Source: Anolis carolinensis (Eukaryota). From it: a stretch of DNA of 64,000 nucleotides. The stretch is taken from positions 104,705,190 through 104,769,189 of the forward strand of contig NC_085846.1 in assembly GCF_035594765.1 (NCBI RefSeq). The letters are read 5' to 3'. This document shows, in pieces, positions 48,390 through 61,169 of the stretch (position 1 is its first letter; every line of letters starts with the position of its first letter). The notes below the pieces were generated by a model. That model saw only the letters and a program-made list of their open reading frames with translations, was not told the DNA's origin and searched no databases. Both the position numbers and the translations under genes were made by a program.

Positions 48390-49781
48390 CTGTCTCTGTT
48401 TCACATTAAACTACTGGGTATTTTCATGCATAGTGAACACATACAAACACTTTGAATTTGGAGACATTTGCATACCTCCGGAAATAACAGACCTCTTATT
48501 GGGATCAGAAAATACCCAATCACTAAACAATACACAAGTCCTGGAGTTATTTTTGCTTTTTTTGTGCTGCTTGTTTTTCCCTGATGCTCACTGCATTGTC
48601 CCATGTTGAGTTTCTGCCATATACTAGCCTCATGAACACTGAGATGAACATAGGATGACAAATGTCAGGGCAGGAGAAAAAACTTTATCACACTAAGGAG
48701 AAATAGAAAAAAAGGTTAAGCACCCTCACCTCTAAGGCTGTTTTGCCTACAAAAGCAGCTTTCAATTTAGGAGTGCATGTGGAATAACTGTGTGCTCTTG
48801 CATGTAATGAGTAGCTCTGCTCTCAGTGGGATGCCCATGGGAGAGCCTTTTTGCTGTCACGTTCCGAACAGTCGAGTCATTTCAAATGGTGGCATGCGAA
48901 ACAAGCAGAATAGTGTCTGCAATCTCCAAGACATTTTGTACTCTGTGGGGTGAAGTACCAGAAAACATGCAAGTAGGAACAACTGTTTTGGCAGGGAGCA
49001 GCGGTTTTAACCTCCAATGTCTATTTATGTATTGGGGAGTGGCCGTCCATTAGCCTTTTGTACAAATTGGAGAGAGTGAAAAAGAGCATGCCGTTCTTGA
49101 GCCAAATTTAGTCTGAAAGGGGATTTGTCGACAACGTTTTGATGCTGTTTTGATTTTGGGGAAAAAATGTTTTGGCTTGTTGCAGATCTCTTTTGGTCAC
49201 ACAGAGAGAAGAAGACTTTCTTGGAATATTAAATCCGTTGGCATTTTCTGCCTTTTTGCTGGCTGTCTTTTGGCATCATAAATCATTGCAGCAAAAGTGG
49301 GGGGTGGGGGGTGGAATGCAAAGTGTGTTTGTATGTAATAAAGAGAATATTTGAACCGATAGGGAAAGGAAACAACAGCTTTCCCCTCTGTCCTTCTCAT
49401 TCCTTTCTGAAGTTGAAAGACACAGAATATTTGAAAGGTTCACATGTTGCCCTGTTTGCTAGAAAAGATGCATTATTTATATCCCAGAATCAGAAAGGTT
49501 GTGGTTTACTCCATTCAGTACGAAATACACACATGCTGGGATAAACAGTTCATAACAATTCTAAAGTATTTTGCCCAGGTTTTTTAAAATTTGCAGATTG
49601 TAAAGATGCTTGTTTTGCCTGGTGGAGGTGGCTACATAAAATAGCAGTGATTAACACATTTCATAGCATATGCTAAGGAAAATCAAAGTTTAATGTATGG
49701 AAATGGGATAAAAAGTGTAGTTTTTATTTAAAAGGAAATCCATGTGACATGTTAATATGGTTCTACTAAAGCATTCATGTA

Positions 49782-50109
49782 CAGTAGAGTCTCACTTATC
49801 CAATATAAACGGGCCGGCAGAACGTTGGCTAAGCGAATATGTTGGATAATAAGGAGAGATGAAGGAGAAGCCTATTAAACATCAAATTAGGTTATGATAT
49901 TACAAATTAAGTACCAAAACATCATGTTATACAACATAAGTACTTTGACATAAAAAGTACTTCAATATATGGTAATGCTATGTAGTAATTACTGTATTTA
50001 CGAATTTAGCACCAAAATATCATGATGTATTGAAAACATTGCCTACAAAAATGCATTGGATAATCCAGAACGTTGGATAAGCGAATGTTGGATAAGTGAG
50101 ACACTACTG
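49782..50109. mobile_element. pogo/Tigger-type MITE
   Basis: TA|CAGTAGAGTCTCACTTATCCAA ... TTGGATAAGTGAGACACTACTG|TA. Confidence 0.93.
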
Positions 50110-50132
50110 TATTTTCAGCAACCTGACACAGA

Positions 50133-50365
50133 TTTGGTCAGACCTCATCTGCAATACCGTGTACAATTCTGGACATCACAATTCAAGAGGGATAGTGACA
50201 AGCTGAAATGTATCCAGACAAGGGCAACTAAAGTGATCAAAGGTCTGGAGACCATGAATCCCTGTGAGGAGTGGCTTAAAGAGCTGGGTATTATCAGCCT
50301 GCAGAAGAGAAGGCTGACAAGAGACATGATAGCCATGTATAAATATGTGAAAGTATGTCATAAGG
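50133..50365 (+). mobile_element. CR1 ORF2 C-terminal fragment
   Basis: LVRPHLQYRVQFW...DKLKCIQTRATKVIKGLE...SLQKRRLTRDMIAMYKY. Confidence 0.92.
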
Positions 50366-50449
50366 TCAACAAGAGTCCAATCAAACTGTCATACTTTGAA
50401 CATACCACGGGAAAAGACAATATTGCTCTCAATATGAGCAAAATGAGCA

Positions 50450-50945
50450 CCTACATGACACAAATTTTTGTCTGGCTAACGAAAAAACTCCCAAAATTTT
50501 TCAGACCATTGGCTGCAATGGGAGGGCTTCTGAGGCTCACCCCCCACAGCTCAGTTTTTGGGCTAGGGGGGGTGAAAATCACCACACATGGAAGGCATTT
50601 CGGCCCAAGCCGAGGGAAAGCAGGGAGATAGAAGGCCTGGGGAAGCGAGGCCCCGAGCCAGAGGCTGCCAAAGCAAGCCTCAGGGGCAAGAGCCCTAACA
50701 AGGGGCAGGTAAGTTGGGTAATGCATATTATTAAGACCCATTGGTACACATTAGCTGTAGCAGGAAAGCAGCCGTCCTCTGTCAGTAACAAAAGGAAAAC
50801 GAAAGCAAGCACAATGGCTGTGGCTTTCATTTTCGTGTCCTTTCCTCATTTCCTATGAAAATGTTGCCATTTGTTTTGTGTAGACGAATGGTCGAAACAA
50901 AATGATAGCAAAGGAAATGAAGGAAAAAAATTGTGCACATCTCTA
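50450..50945. mobile_element. Old hAT-like element
   Basis: Ends in TTGTGCACATCTCTA; TCAGACCATTGG...GGGGTGAAAATCAC.ACACATGGA is shared with 30365-30460. Confidence 0.45.
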
Positions 50946-51384
50946 TAATTTATACCTCACCTTTCTCCCAGTGGGAACTCAAGGTGGCTAACACTCCACA
51001 CTAAACAAGTTTAAAAGGTGCAATACAAAAGTTTAAAAACAATTAAATAACAATATGGTAAAAACAGAGTCAAAATACAGTAAATACACTAAAATGGCCT
51101 TTAAAATTCATATCCCTCCAATCTCACCCAACATCCACAATGCCTGCTCCATATCCTTCCTCAAAATGTATCTAGAAGATGTTAACTAGCTGTTTCTGTT
51201 CCTTTCTTGGCTACTAAATAGCCATTGACAGAGAACACAACAGCATGATATTAGATTTTTTGGGCAGTGGGCAAAGTGTTGTGCAAACGAGAGGTTGGAT
51301 ACCTCCTTCTGCACTGGTTATGAAAAGTTATTATATTTATGCATATCTCTAACAAGGTTCTGGTCTATGCATTAATTGAGATAA

Positions 51385-51732
51385 AGACTAAACATCCCTT
51401 TTCTAGAATTCCAAAATCAAAAATACTCCTAAAATGTCTATATGGGTGGCTGAGATACTCACACGCATGCTTTTTGACACTTCAGTATACACAAACTTTG
51501 TTTCATGCACAAAATGTATCAAGGAATTGTATAAAATTACCTTTTGGTTTGATGTATGAGGTGTATAAGAAACATACACACATTTTGTGTTCAGACTTGG
51601 TTCCCATCTTCAAGATAGCTCATTATGTATGTATATGGAAAGATGGCTATTTCAAAATCTGAGGGGGAAAAATCCAAAATACAGAACACTTGCAGTCCCA
51701 TGCATTTCAGATAAGTGATACTCAAACTATAC
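51385..51732. mobile_element. Tigger4b/MER46-like pogo non-autonomous element
   Basis: TACACAAACTTTGTTTCATGCACAAAA...TGTATAAAATTACCTT...AGACTTGGTTCCCATC...GTCCCATGCATTTCAGATAAGTGATACTCAA. Confidence 0.75.
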
Positions 51733-53111
51733 TTGTAGGGAGCAAAACAGAGATAAATGTTTTTGTTAAGTGTCAGTGTGATTATAGTGGAATTGACTCT
51801 TACATCTACTATATTGCATTGTTGTCTCTTAGCTGACAGGCAGAGCACAGTACCTAAAAGGCATGGGATAAGGGGAAGTAACTGGGAACTCCCTTGTCCT
51901 CAATTCACCCAAAGGCATTAGAGTGAGTAAGCAGCTAGCAGCCATTTCAGTAGTCTGACATCTCTCCCACAGCATAAGAGATCTTGGAGTTTGCATTTGG
52001 ATACCATAAGCTATAATGTTCAGTGTTAACCAAACCCATGTGAAAAGGTGGGTGAAGGCTCTGCAATTTTGTCCTTTGAGAACTGTGTCATCAGCAAAAG
52101 TGGAATCTCTTGAAAAGGCAAGTAGCTGCCTGGAGTGTGTAAGTTGCATTCTTCAGGAAATTGCTGTGTTCCTACTGCCTTCTTGGGAAACAAAACTCTT
52201 GGCATGCTTGCAATGACTGCCCCCCTTCTCCATTTCTTCCTGGTGTAGCGTGATGTCATTTTGGCACAAACTGAGCTATTGTTTAGTTGAAGCTTCCTCA
52301 AATGTCTCTTGCTCACTAACAGCATCCAGGTTGAGGAACTGGATGGGAATTGCTCTGAGTGGTGACTCCCACTTTCCTTTCAGCTAAATACCAGCAGCTA
52401 GGAAATATCCGCAGGATGCATCCTTAGTGCTTCTCCTTCCTGTGTCCACCTCAGATACCCCTTACTCCACCTCAAGCTATTTTCTTTTTCTTGTCTCTTT
52501 TTACTAGTTCCACATTACAGGAGAGTTTACAAAAGAACACTTCCTCCATATCCCTTGCCCTTTATAAACTGTACAGCTGCTGGCACTGGTTTGCGAACAT
52601 TCCAGCCTTCAGAGAACAAAGACAATTTGTTTCTTTCATTTTGAGGTAAACATACAACCATGAAAAATTTCCGTTATTTTGTAGCTTCACATTTACTGCT
52701 GATAGAACATGCCATTATAATCGGGCTATTGCAATACTGTTTGTTTGAATTAGCAGGGTTTTTTGGGCATAGCATCCTAGGACAGCTCAGGCCATGTCTA
52801 CATTAAAAAAGAGAATGCATGTCCAGCTGGTGCTTGCAGTTTTCATGACACACAATGATGTCCAATAAGAATCCATAAGTTTTAGATCTTCACCTGAGTT
52901 TGCCCGTCAGGAAACTGGAGTGCCCTGCCCTCAGGTTTTGTGGCTGCCTGGAAAACTGGATCAGATTACTACTACTACTACATTACTGCTACTACTACTA
53001 CTACTACTCAGTATGACCCATTCAGTACAACCCATTATCAACACACATGTGCTCTACTGACTCGTTGATTTCATGGGTAGTATTCCGTTATGATATCAGC
53101 AGATATAGACT

Positions 53112-53975
53112 CTAGAAACATAAAATAATAGAGTTGGAAGAAATCTCATGGGCTATCCAATCCATGCCACTGTTGTAAGCCGCCCTGAGTCCCTTCGGGT
53201 GAGAAGGGCGGGATATAAATGTGAGAAATAAATAAATAAATAAAACCTCCTGCCAAGAAGCAGGAACTTGCATTCAAAACACCCCTGACAGATGGCCATC
53301 CAGCCTCTGCTTAAAAGCCTCCAAAGAAGGAGCCTCCACCACACTCCACGACAGAGAGTTCCACTGCTGAACAGCTCTCATGGTTAGGAAGTTCTTCCTA
53401 ATGTTCAGACGGAATCTCCTTTCCTGTAGTTTAAAGCCGTTTTCTGTGTCCTAGTCTCCAGAGCAACAGAAAACAAGCTTGCTCCCTCCTCCCTATGACT
53501 TCCCCTCACATATTTAAACATGGCTATCATGTCTCCTCTCAGCCTTCTCTTCTGCAGTCTAAACATGCCCAGCTCTTTCAGCCGCTCTTCAAAGGGCTTG
53601 TTCTCCAGACCCTTCATCATTTTAGTCGCCCTCCTCTGGACACATTCCAGTTTGTCAACATCTCCCTTCAATTGTGGTGCCCCGAATTGGCCACAGCATT
53701 CCAGGTGTGGTCTGACCAAGGCAGAATAGAGGGATAGCATGACTTCCCTGGACCTAGACACTAGAATCTTGTTTATGCAGGCCAAAATCCCATTGGCTTT
53801 TTTAGCTTGCACATAACATTGTTGGCTCATGTTTAACTTGTTGACCACCAGGACTCCAAGATCTTTTTTCACACGTACTGCTGTCGAACCAGGCATCCCC
53901 CATTCTGTATCTTTGCATTTCATTTTCTCTGCCTAAGTTGAACTTCATTTTGTTAGTTTCTGCCCATCTCTCTAA
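53112..53975 (-). mobile_element. CR1 LINE 3' fragment
   Basis: KDLGVLV..KLNMSQQC..AKKANGILACI..REVMLSLYSALVRPHLE..LECVQRRATKMMKGLE..KRRLRGDMI, followed by the CR1 3' UTR. Confidence 0.97.
53165..53243 (+). mobile_element. L2-type tail inserted antisense in the CR1 3' UTR
   Basis: GTAAGCCGCCCTGAGTCCCTTCGGGTGAGAAGGGCGGG...(AAAT)n interrupts the CR1 end. Confidence 0.85.
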
Positions 53976-55794
53976 TATGACTACAACAGCCAGGATCTTG
54001 CAAGGAGCTCCATGGCTGGCGAGAAACAGTGCCAACAACACAAGGAGCAGGGGACTGGACGGTGAGGCCAATGCAGTGTCAGCTCATTTGACTGGACATT
54101 GATGCAGCATCTCGAAGGATTCAGCCTGGTGCATGTGATCAATGTGAGCCAATCTGAAACATAACAATCCAGACTAACCCCAGATTAAATTTCCGGTATA
54201 GATATGGCCTCAGTCATATATAAGAACATTGTGTGCATGTGGGGGACGGGTGGTGGTGGTGGAGGAGGAGGAGATAATTCAGTAAGGTATTTTGCAGTTT
54301 TGCAATGTTCGTATTCAGGAAGATGATATTGTGATGTTACTAATGTGCAATGAAATGTGCAATTGAAGCAATATGCAACAGGACTGACGTACATCAGACA
54401 CCAACTAGGGAGTGCTAATGAGCATCAGTAGAGCCTGAGACATATTGAAACACTCTTGCTGTCTGATTTCCATTTTCATTACTCAGTACCCAGGTTTCTT
54501 AGTGCCTCTGTTATATAGCTAAGTATAGGTGAAATTATGTAGCATAGATCGTGAAACAGTCTAATGAAAATATCATGTGGATTGTAAAATGGAATGAAAA
54601 GGCTTGTTTCCTGAGAGTGAGCCCTGGGAGCAATGCTCTCGATCTGAATTAGCTTTCTGCCAGCACTAATATCATGCCATCATATCAGCTATAAGGTCAC
54701 TGTTTGGCTGATGACTTGACCTGCAAGAAGATCCTTTTATAACAGAATGAATGAACAAGTCGCTAAGTTGCTCCCAAAGAACCGAAGCACAGGTATGAAT
54801 AAGTATGTAAAAGTTTATATATCAGGGTTTTCCAGAAGTTAGTTTGCTTTCTCATGTTGAAAGTATCTATGAACCCTCAGCTCAGTCTTGCTACATTTTG
54901 CTGAGAAATAAATGAGACATTTGCTCAGTTCATGTTCTAACAAAGGATGAAGGAGTCTCCTCTGTCTGGCTGGAATTCCAAAGAAAGGAGAGACTCCCTC
55001 CCTCCAGAAGTCAGAACTGGCAACAGTGGGAGGAGAGGCTTCCAGAAACTGCTGATTCAGTTTTACTGTGTAACAGCAAACAATGTTGCCTAACAGCAAC
55101 TTCATTGTGTCACAAATGTAATATCCAAAGTGCTGCTGTTTCTAATATGTTAAAGCATCCTCCCTGCTCACTAGCAGGATAGGAAACCATGGTGTAGTGG
55201 AGCCCGACAGGGAAGAGTTGAAGTCCTGACACATTCTAATAAGCAGCCATGGTGGTGTTATCTGGCATCGCTTCTCAGTTCTTTCTGAACTCACTTGCAA
55301 TTTCAACAATAGTGTGAGTGAGGAAAGAGATTTTTCCTGTTAACATTTTGGGGCATGATGCTTGTTGCAGCTTTTATACCAAATATTTTGGAGGTAGACT
55401 GGTTATGGATACACAATTAAGATCTGTTAGGTTTACAAACAATGACTGACTGAAAATGAAAATGATGGTGATAATAATAATAAAAAAACACCTTTATTTA
55501 TAACCTGCCTCCATCTCCCCAAGGGGACACGGAACGGTTCACATGGGAACTGAGCCCAAGAATGAACAAATAAAAACAAAAAACAGTAACAGCGTATATA
55601 GTTAAAACAATAAAAACATTCATAAAATACATCAGCGGGTTAAAACTGGCTTGTTGATATAGCTTAGTTCATCTTTGTCTTTGTTGTCTCTTTGAGTGTT
55701 TGGCCTTGTACTTCTGAATTTACGTGGATGACAGTAAATTACCAAACCCCTAAGAAATTCTTGCCAGCTGCATACCACTGAACAGAGGAGACTG

Positions 55795-55796
<2 letters not shown>

Positions 55797-55862
<66 letters not shown>
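55797..55862. repeat. (GA)n microsatellite
   Basis: Uninterrupted GA run. Confidence 0.98.
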
Positions 55863-55865
<3 letters not shown>

Positions 55866-58433
55866 CCCAATGGGGAAGGACAAAGCAAATGGCAACTACA
55901 TGCAACAGGTTCCAAGGCTGCCAGCAGTCTGAAACAGGGCTGGCAAAGACATCTTCTGTTTTGGCCAGGGTTAGATAAATACAGCCTTGGGATTGTATGT
56001 GGCTCCCTAAGGTTGTTCTTTCAGCCCTTTACTCCCCCCAGACTCCCTCAATTTTTTTCTCCGCAAAAGAGGAGAAATACCTTGCTTGTCCTACAAGCCT
56101 TTGGCAACAGCAAATCATGTGCTGAAAAGTTGTAGGGGCCTTCAGTGTTGTTCATTATAAGAGCTGAAACCAAACCATTTCATTTTGTTGTTGCTGTTAT
56201 TTGTTGTTTTTGGAAGCCTGTACTGCTTTAAGAGCATCTCAGAGGCAGAAAACTGGCCACTGGACCTGTTTGTAGTTTAAGCCATCTGTGAAGGGTGAAA
56301 GGTGTTTTTAATCCAATGCAGAACTTCACATGTTGTGAAACAGATTGGCAATGGTGTTTGAAGGATGTGGAAACAGAAGAAAACCCTACAATTTTATATA
56401 AAACAAATGCAAGCAAACCTTGAGTTAATATTTGATATTTAAAAAAAGTTTTAAAAACTGTTTCTCTTCTGTCAACATCTGGAACCCTATAAAAGAGTTC
56501 TGGCTTATTCCCACATTATTTCATTCCAGTAAAAGCACAGTATAGTGGCAATTTCCCATCAAGTCTTTGAGCATACCAATGACTTTGAGAAAGAACAAGT
56601 AGAATTCCATTGCCTGGCAAAAAGCCCCGTAGATGGGCAAAGTCTTCATGGAGTTTGGTTCTCAGGGAAACTGAAATATTGATCAAGGTCATTTATATGA
56701 TACAAAAAAAGAGAGAGAAAGTTGAGGAACAATTCCAGACTTCATTAGATTCCTTTTTATTGTTTTTCTTTGTAGAAGCCTCACAAGGCATATTTTGTAC
56801 TAATCACACAAACTCCAGAGGAGAAAATGCCAAATAATATCTTAGGAAGACAGATCATAGTAAACATCTGGCATATACAGTGAACCATCCATGTTTACAG
56901 GGGTAGGGGTACAAAATCCCTGTGAAAATAAAAAAACCCCACAAATTTAAAAAAAACCCTGCTAATTTTATACCTGAGAAAACATCTCTAGGAATTTCTA
57001 GGTCCACCAGCACAATTCTGGAAGCTGACCATAGAACTGAATCTCTAGGTCCTCCAAAATGACTCTGTGATCTACATCTGGAGGATGTTGGTCATAGAGT
57101 CATGCTAGAAGATCTAAAGATTCCTAGAGATTACTTTTAATCAAACAAATTGCCAACCTTGCATGTTCTGAATTTTATCTGTCCCTTATTGCAATTTGGA
57201 AATCTGGTTATCCTATTAACAATTCAGATGGTATCGAAGTACCACAAGGAAGGGATTTCTTCAGTGTTATGAAGGCGTCGTGGGCTTGCTTTGAAAGAGA
57301 GGATTCTGCCAATCACACAAGCTCATTTGAACAGATAAATGCATACATATTTTTTTCTGTAGGTTTGGAATTGGAACTCCTTAGAGAGCATATTTATAAT
57401 GAAGCAGAGGCCAATTCTGATAAAGTAGCATATGATGAAACAGATGCAATTACATCTCAAAATTTCATCATACTTTCTATGAGGCTGAGGTACTTAGGAA
57501 AGTCACTGAGCTGTAAGAACTCTGTCACCTCAGAACAGAACATATCAACTGATCCTTGTTCTGCTGCCAGAGCATGTGCGCTTCTAAGGGGGCTGATCAA
57601 CATCTGTTGCAGATGACTAAGGCAATCAAGGTGAATTTAACAGTGCAATTTGTAGTTTCTGCAGAAGCACCTCGTTTTGATTCAGTGAAGCTCACTGCCA
57701 AGCAAATCAACACAGGGCCCGTACCCTTAAATGAGAATAATGCAATTCATGTAAACCATTTATTTAGCCTGCTTTTTGTTTCATAATTCTGATCACTCCT
57801 AAACTTCATTAGCCTGAAGCAGGAACTGGAGGATTAGGGTGGGCGATTTACCGCAGTTCTCATCCGTCTTCAACACTGGCTGTGCTTCTTTCAGCAAGTG
57901 TCAGCTAATCACTCCACTAGTTGACCACACTGTTGTAAGTTTATCTCATCCCAGGTCACTATTTCTGGATTTTTTTTTTAAAAAAAGATGAAATTGTTTA
58001 TTTTCTCAAGAAATCCATATTGACCTAGGAAAGGAAATAAACCAAAGGACTTACAACAGCTCTATAGTTATTTATATATGCGGATAAGCTAGCAATCGTT
58101 GGTGGGGGTTGGAGCCCCATGGCTTATCCTCCAGAAGGCTTATATCAGGGGTAGGAGAACTATAGTTCATAGACTGCATCTACCTAACCTATAATTCTAC
58201 TGATACCCTATGTCAATGGGAATATTTTTTTCATGGTTTGGGTGAGGTCCCTAAGCCATTGTAGATCCAAGAGAATGTGTTTCCCAACTGGAAATTATAT
58301 GTAAAGTTCTTGGAAAACTATGGTGATATTACACTTAGTCCCCGAGGGGGCAAAGGAGACAAAAATAGATTTTCTCCATGGATGTGGGTGGTGGGAACCA
58401 TCCTCCAAGGTCCTCTGGAGAATTGATCTAAGG

Positions 58434-58568
58434 CAGTGTTTCTCAAACTGTGCTCTTCCAGGTGTTTTGGACTTCAGCTCCCAGAAATCCCAGCCAGTTT
58501 ACTAGCTGTTAGGAATTGCAGGAGCTGAAGTCCAAAACATCTGGAAGAGCACAGTTTGAGAAACTTCA
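58434..58568. mobile_element. Hairpin hAT MITE
   Basis: ~45-bp arms GTTTCTCAAACTGTGCTCTTCCAGGTGTTTTGGACTTCAGCTCC and its reverse complement; perfect TSD ATCTAAGG (58426-58433, 58569-58576). Confidence 0.92.
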
Positions 58569-60914
58569 ATCTAAGGAAAGTCAAGGCATGGGGGAACTGC
58601 ATGCACAATCTACATTTCTATTGATCTCTCTCTTACCGATTGCTCTATAAAAGCATTACTGCTTCTTTCCTTCTAAAAGTCCTCTTCCTTCCATGTTTGG
58701 CACAGGGGAATCTCAGCTTACCATGAATGGCACATGAGGCTTGTATTGGATCCTATAAAGCAATAGTATATGCCACAAAGATATTTCACAGCAGCAGAAT
58801 GGGGAATTCCATGCCTCATCCCTCTAAGAAGTCAATTTTCCTGTCTTTTTTTGCTCACAGAGCTAACAAAAAGAATTAAAGTGCAAAGGAAGGAAAGAAA
58901 AGAGAAATGGCATTAGGAGAGAAAGAAGGCAACACAATGAATAATGATACAGCATGGAAAAGAAGTTGCCATTTGTTTAAAAAAAAAAACCCACACATCT
59001 GGAAAACATTTGTTGAGATGTCTCTGAATAACAACACAAACCACAGGAGGAAAGACAGACCAAGAATTACTTGGTTCTTTTCTTCTTTCTCTCTTTTTCT
59101 AGGCTGAGGGGGACGGGAACATGAGCTAAACATCTCTTTCAATGCTTTATGCAATTCCACAATGCAGAAAGAGCACAATGCCAATTGTGGATCTCATTTT
59201 TAAGATCTCAATTTCATAGATGGGATTTATTTCCTTGGGTGCATCTCAGTGGAATTCCCCTTATATCTTCCTTCCTTTTTGTAAGCAGACATGGAGAAGT
59301 TGACACTTCAGTCCCTGCCCTCAGGCTTACAAGTTAAAATAGAATAGCACAAAAAAGGGGGGGGGGGTGAATGGGAAGATTTAAAGGAAAACAAAACTAC
59401 TCAGACACCAAAATCCTTGTGTCGACCAGCTGCAATAAACTAGTGAGGCATCCAGAAATTGTTGGAAGCAGCCAGCTTAAATGGAAATGGCTCAAAGAGA
59501 GATGCCAACTGCTGAGGCATTAGAGTGATTCTACTTCCAGATTTCCTATATGCTTGATTTAACAATTGTTCATACTCTTCCTTGAGAATTTTTTTTCTTA
59601 AATGTAAAACAGCTCAGAATCAAAATACCTAGCAAACTGCCATTTTCCCTGTATGCCAATTCATCCCCTGAGATCTTCTATCAAGGCATTGTTGGCTGTT
59701 CCTCAGTCACTGAGAATATTATTCCATGAGATTACAAAGGAAGACCTTCTCAGTAATGCCATTTAGCCTCAGGTTCAGGTCTTTGTAGTCCAGGAAGCAA
59801 AAACTGGCTTCAAACTTGAAGACAGGTACAGTTTTCCTTCCACATTGACAAGTTCAATTTCTCCACATTTGTGGATATGATTCATATGGCCTCTTTAGTA
59901 ACCTTAGGTCCTCCGGCACAACTCTGTGGTCAACGTCCCAAAGAAGTTCATCACAGAATTGTGCTGAAAGATGTAGAGATTTCTAGAGAGGTGTTCCTTA
60001 GGGATTTTAAAAAATCATGCACTTTCTAACCCCAGCAAAAGTGTAGGGCCTGATGTAATCGGAAAACAAGAAATGAATATGTGCCCAATTATTAATGCCT
60101 TTCCCTGCTGTTTTCTCTTGTATTTAAAAACAATATTGTAAGGTATTTATTATATTTTTAAATTGCTTCTGAACCTTCATATTGTTTTTATACTGCATTG
60201 TATTATGATTTAATACAAGCAACTCAAGAGATTTTATTATAGCAAGCAGTATAAAATGCAGTAAATAAAATAAAAATGGTCTAAGAACAACATAACAGTG
60301 ATAAATGATGGTTTGGGAGAAGCAGCAACTTTGTTTGTCAGGAGAACCTCTTTTGTACTCTTCTTTATTCTGATGCCAAGACCCTCTTTTCCCAGTTTCC
60401 CCTCATATTTGGTGCATTCCTGGCAGCAGCTCGCACCTCAACGGGAACAATCCTCTCCGAATGCATTTTATTAAATGGTGGCTTAAGGAATGATTTTGGA
60501 TCATTAAGCAGTCTGGTTGCAGTCAGTGCCTTATCCAGGCATGCTGTTATCCTGTTACAGTGGAAAGAAAAAAACACCCCAGGCATAATTCAAGCCTATT
60601 TGCACTAACATTGAGCTGTTATTTAAAAGACAAATTTGATGTAACGCAACTGCAACCTTCTTTGAAAGCCAAAAGATTTTGAAAACTGGCTTTGTAGCAC
60701 ATGGATCTATCAAAAGCACAGAAGCAACACTCCAGGAGTTATAAAGGTTCATACTTTATAAAGGTTCCCACAGTCAGCTACTGTCAACCAACTATCTAGT
60801 TTCTTCTTCTACATCTTGCTAGTTTTTCACTGCTTTCAATTATTCTTAGAACAATGCTAGTTTTTTTTTTTAAAAAAATACTACTCCAATAAGGAACATT
60901 GACTGGTATTCTTT

Positions 60915-61169
60915 TGTGTGTGTGTGTGTGTGTCAGGTGCAACTTGAAAAAATGCAAGTCGCTTCTGGTGTGAGAGAATTGGCCGTCTGCAAGGACTTTG
61001 CCCAGGGGATGACTGGATGTTTCTGTGGGAGGCTTCTCTCATGTCTCCGTATGGGAAGCTGGAGCTGACAGATGGGTGCTCACCCCGTTCCCTATATTTG
61101 AACTGCTGACCTTTCAGTCAACAGTCCTGCCGGCTCAAGAGTTTAACCCATTGTGCCACCAGGGACTCC
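60915..61169 (-). mobile_element. tRNA-headed SINE with Vingi/Ingi-type body and tail (POMSINE-like)
   Basis: Minus strand: GGAGTCCCTGGTGGCACAATGGGTTAA head, GCAGTTCAAAT B-box-like motif, 3' stem ACTTG...CAAGT before CCTGACAC(AC)n. Confidence 0.8.

Noticed and set aside
50056-50631. 191-aa ORF
   Set aside because: A MITE end fused to a CR1 ORF2 fragment and an old repeat; not a host gene.
54708-54735. CTGATGA-CTTG-ACCTG-CAAG hammerhead-like start
   Set aside because: The required GAAA box and stems I/III are absent.
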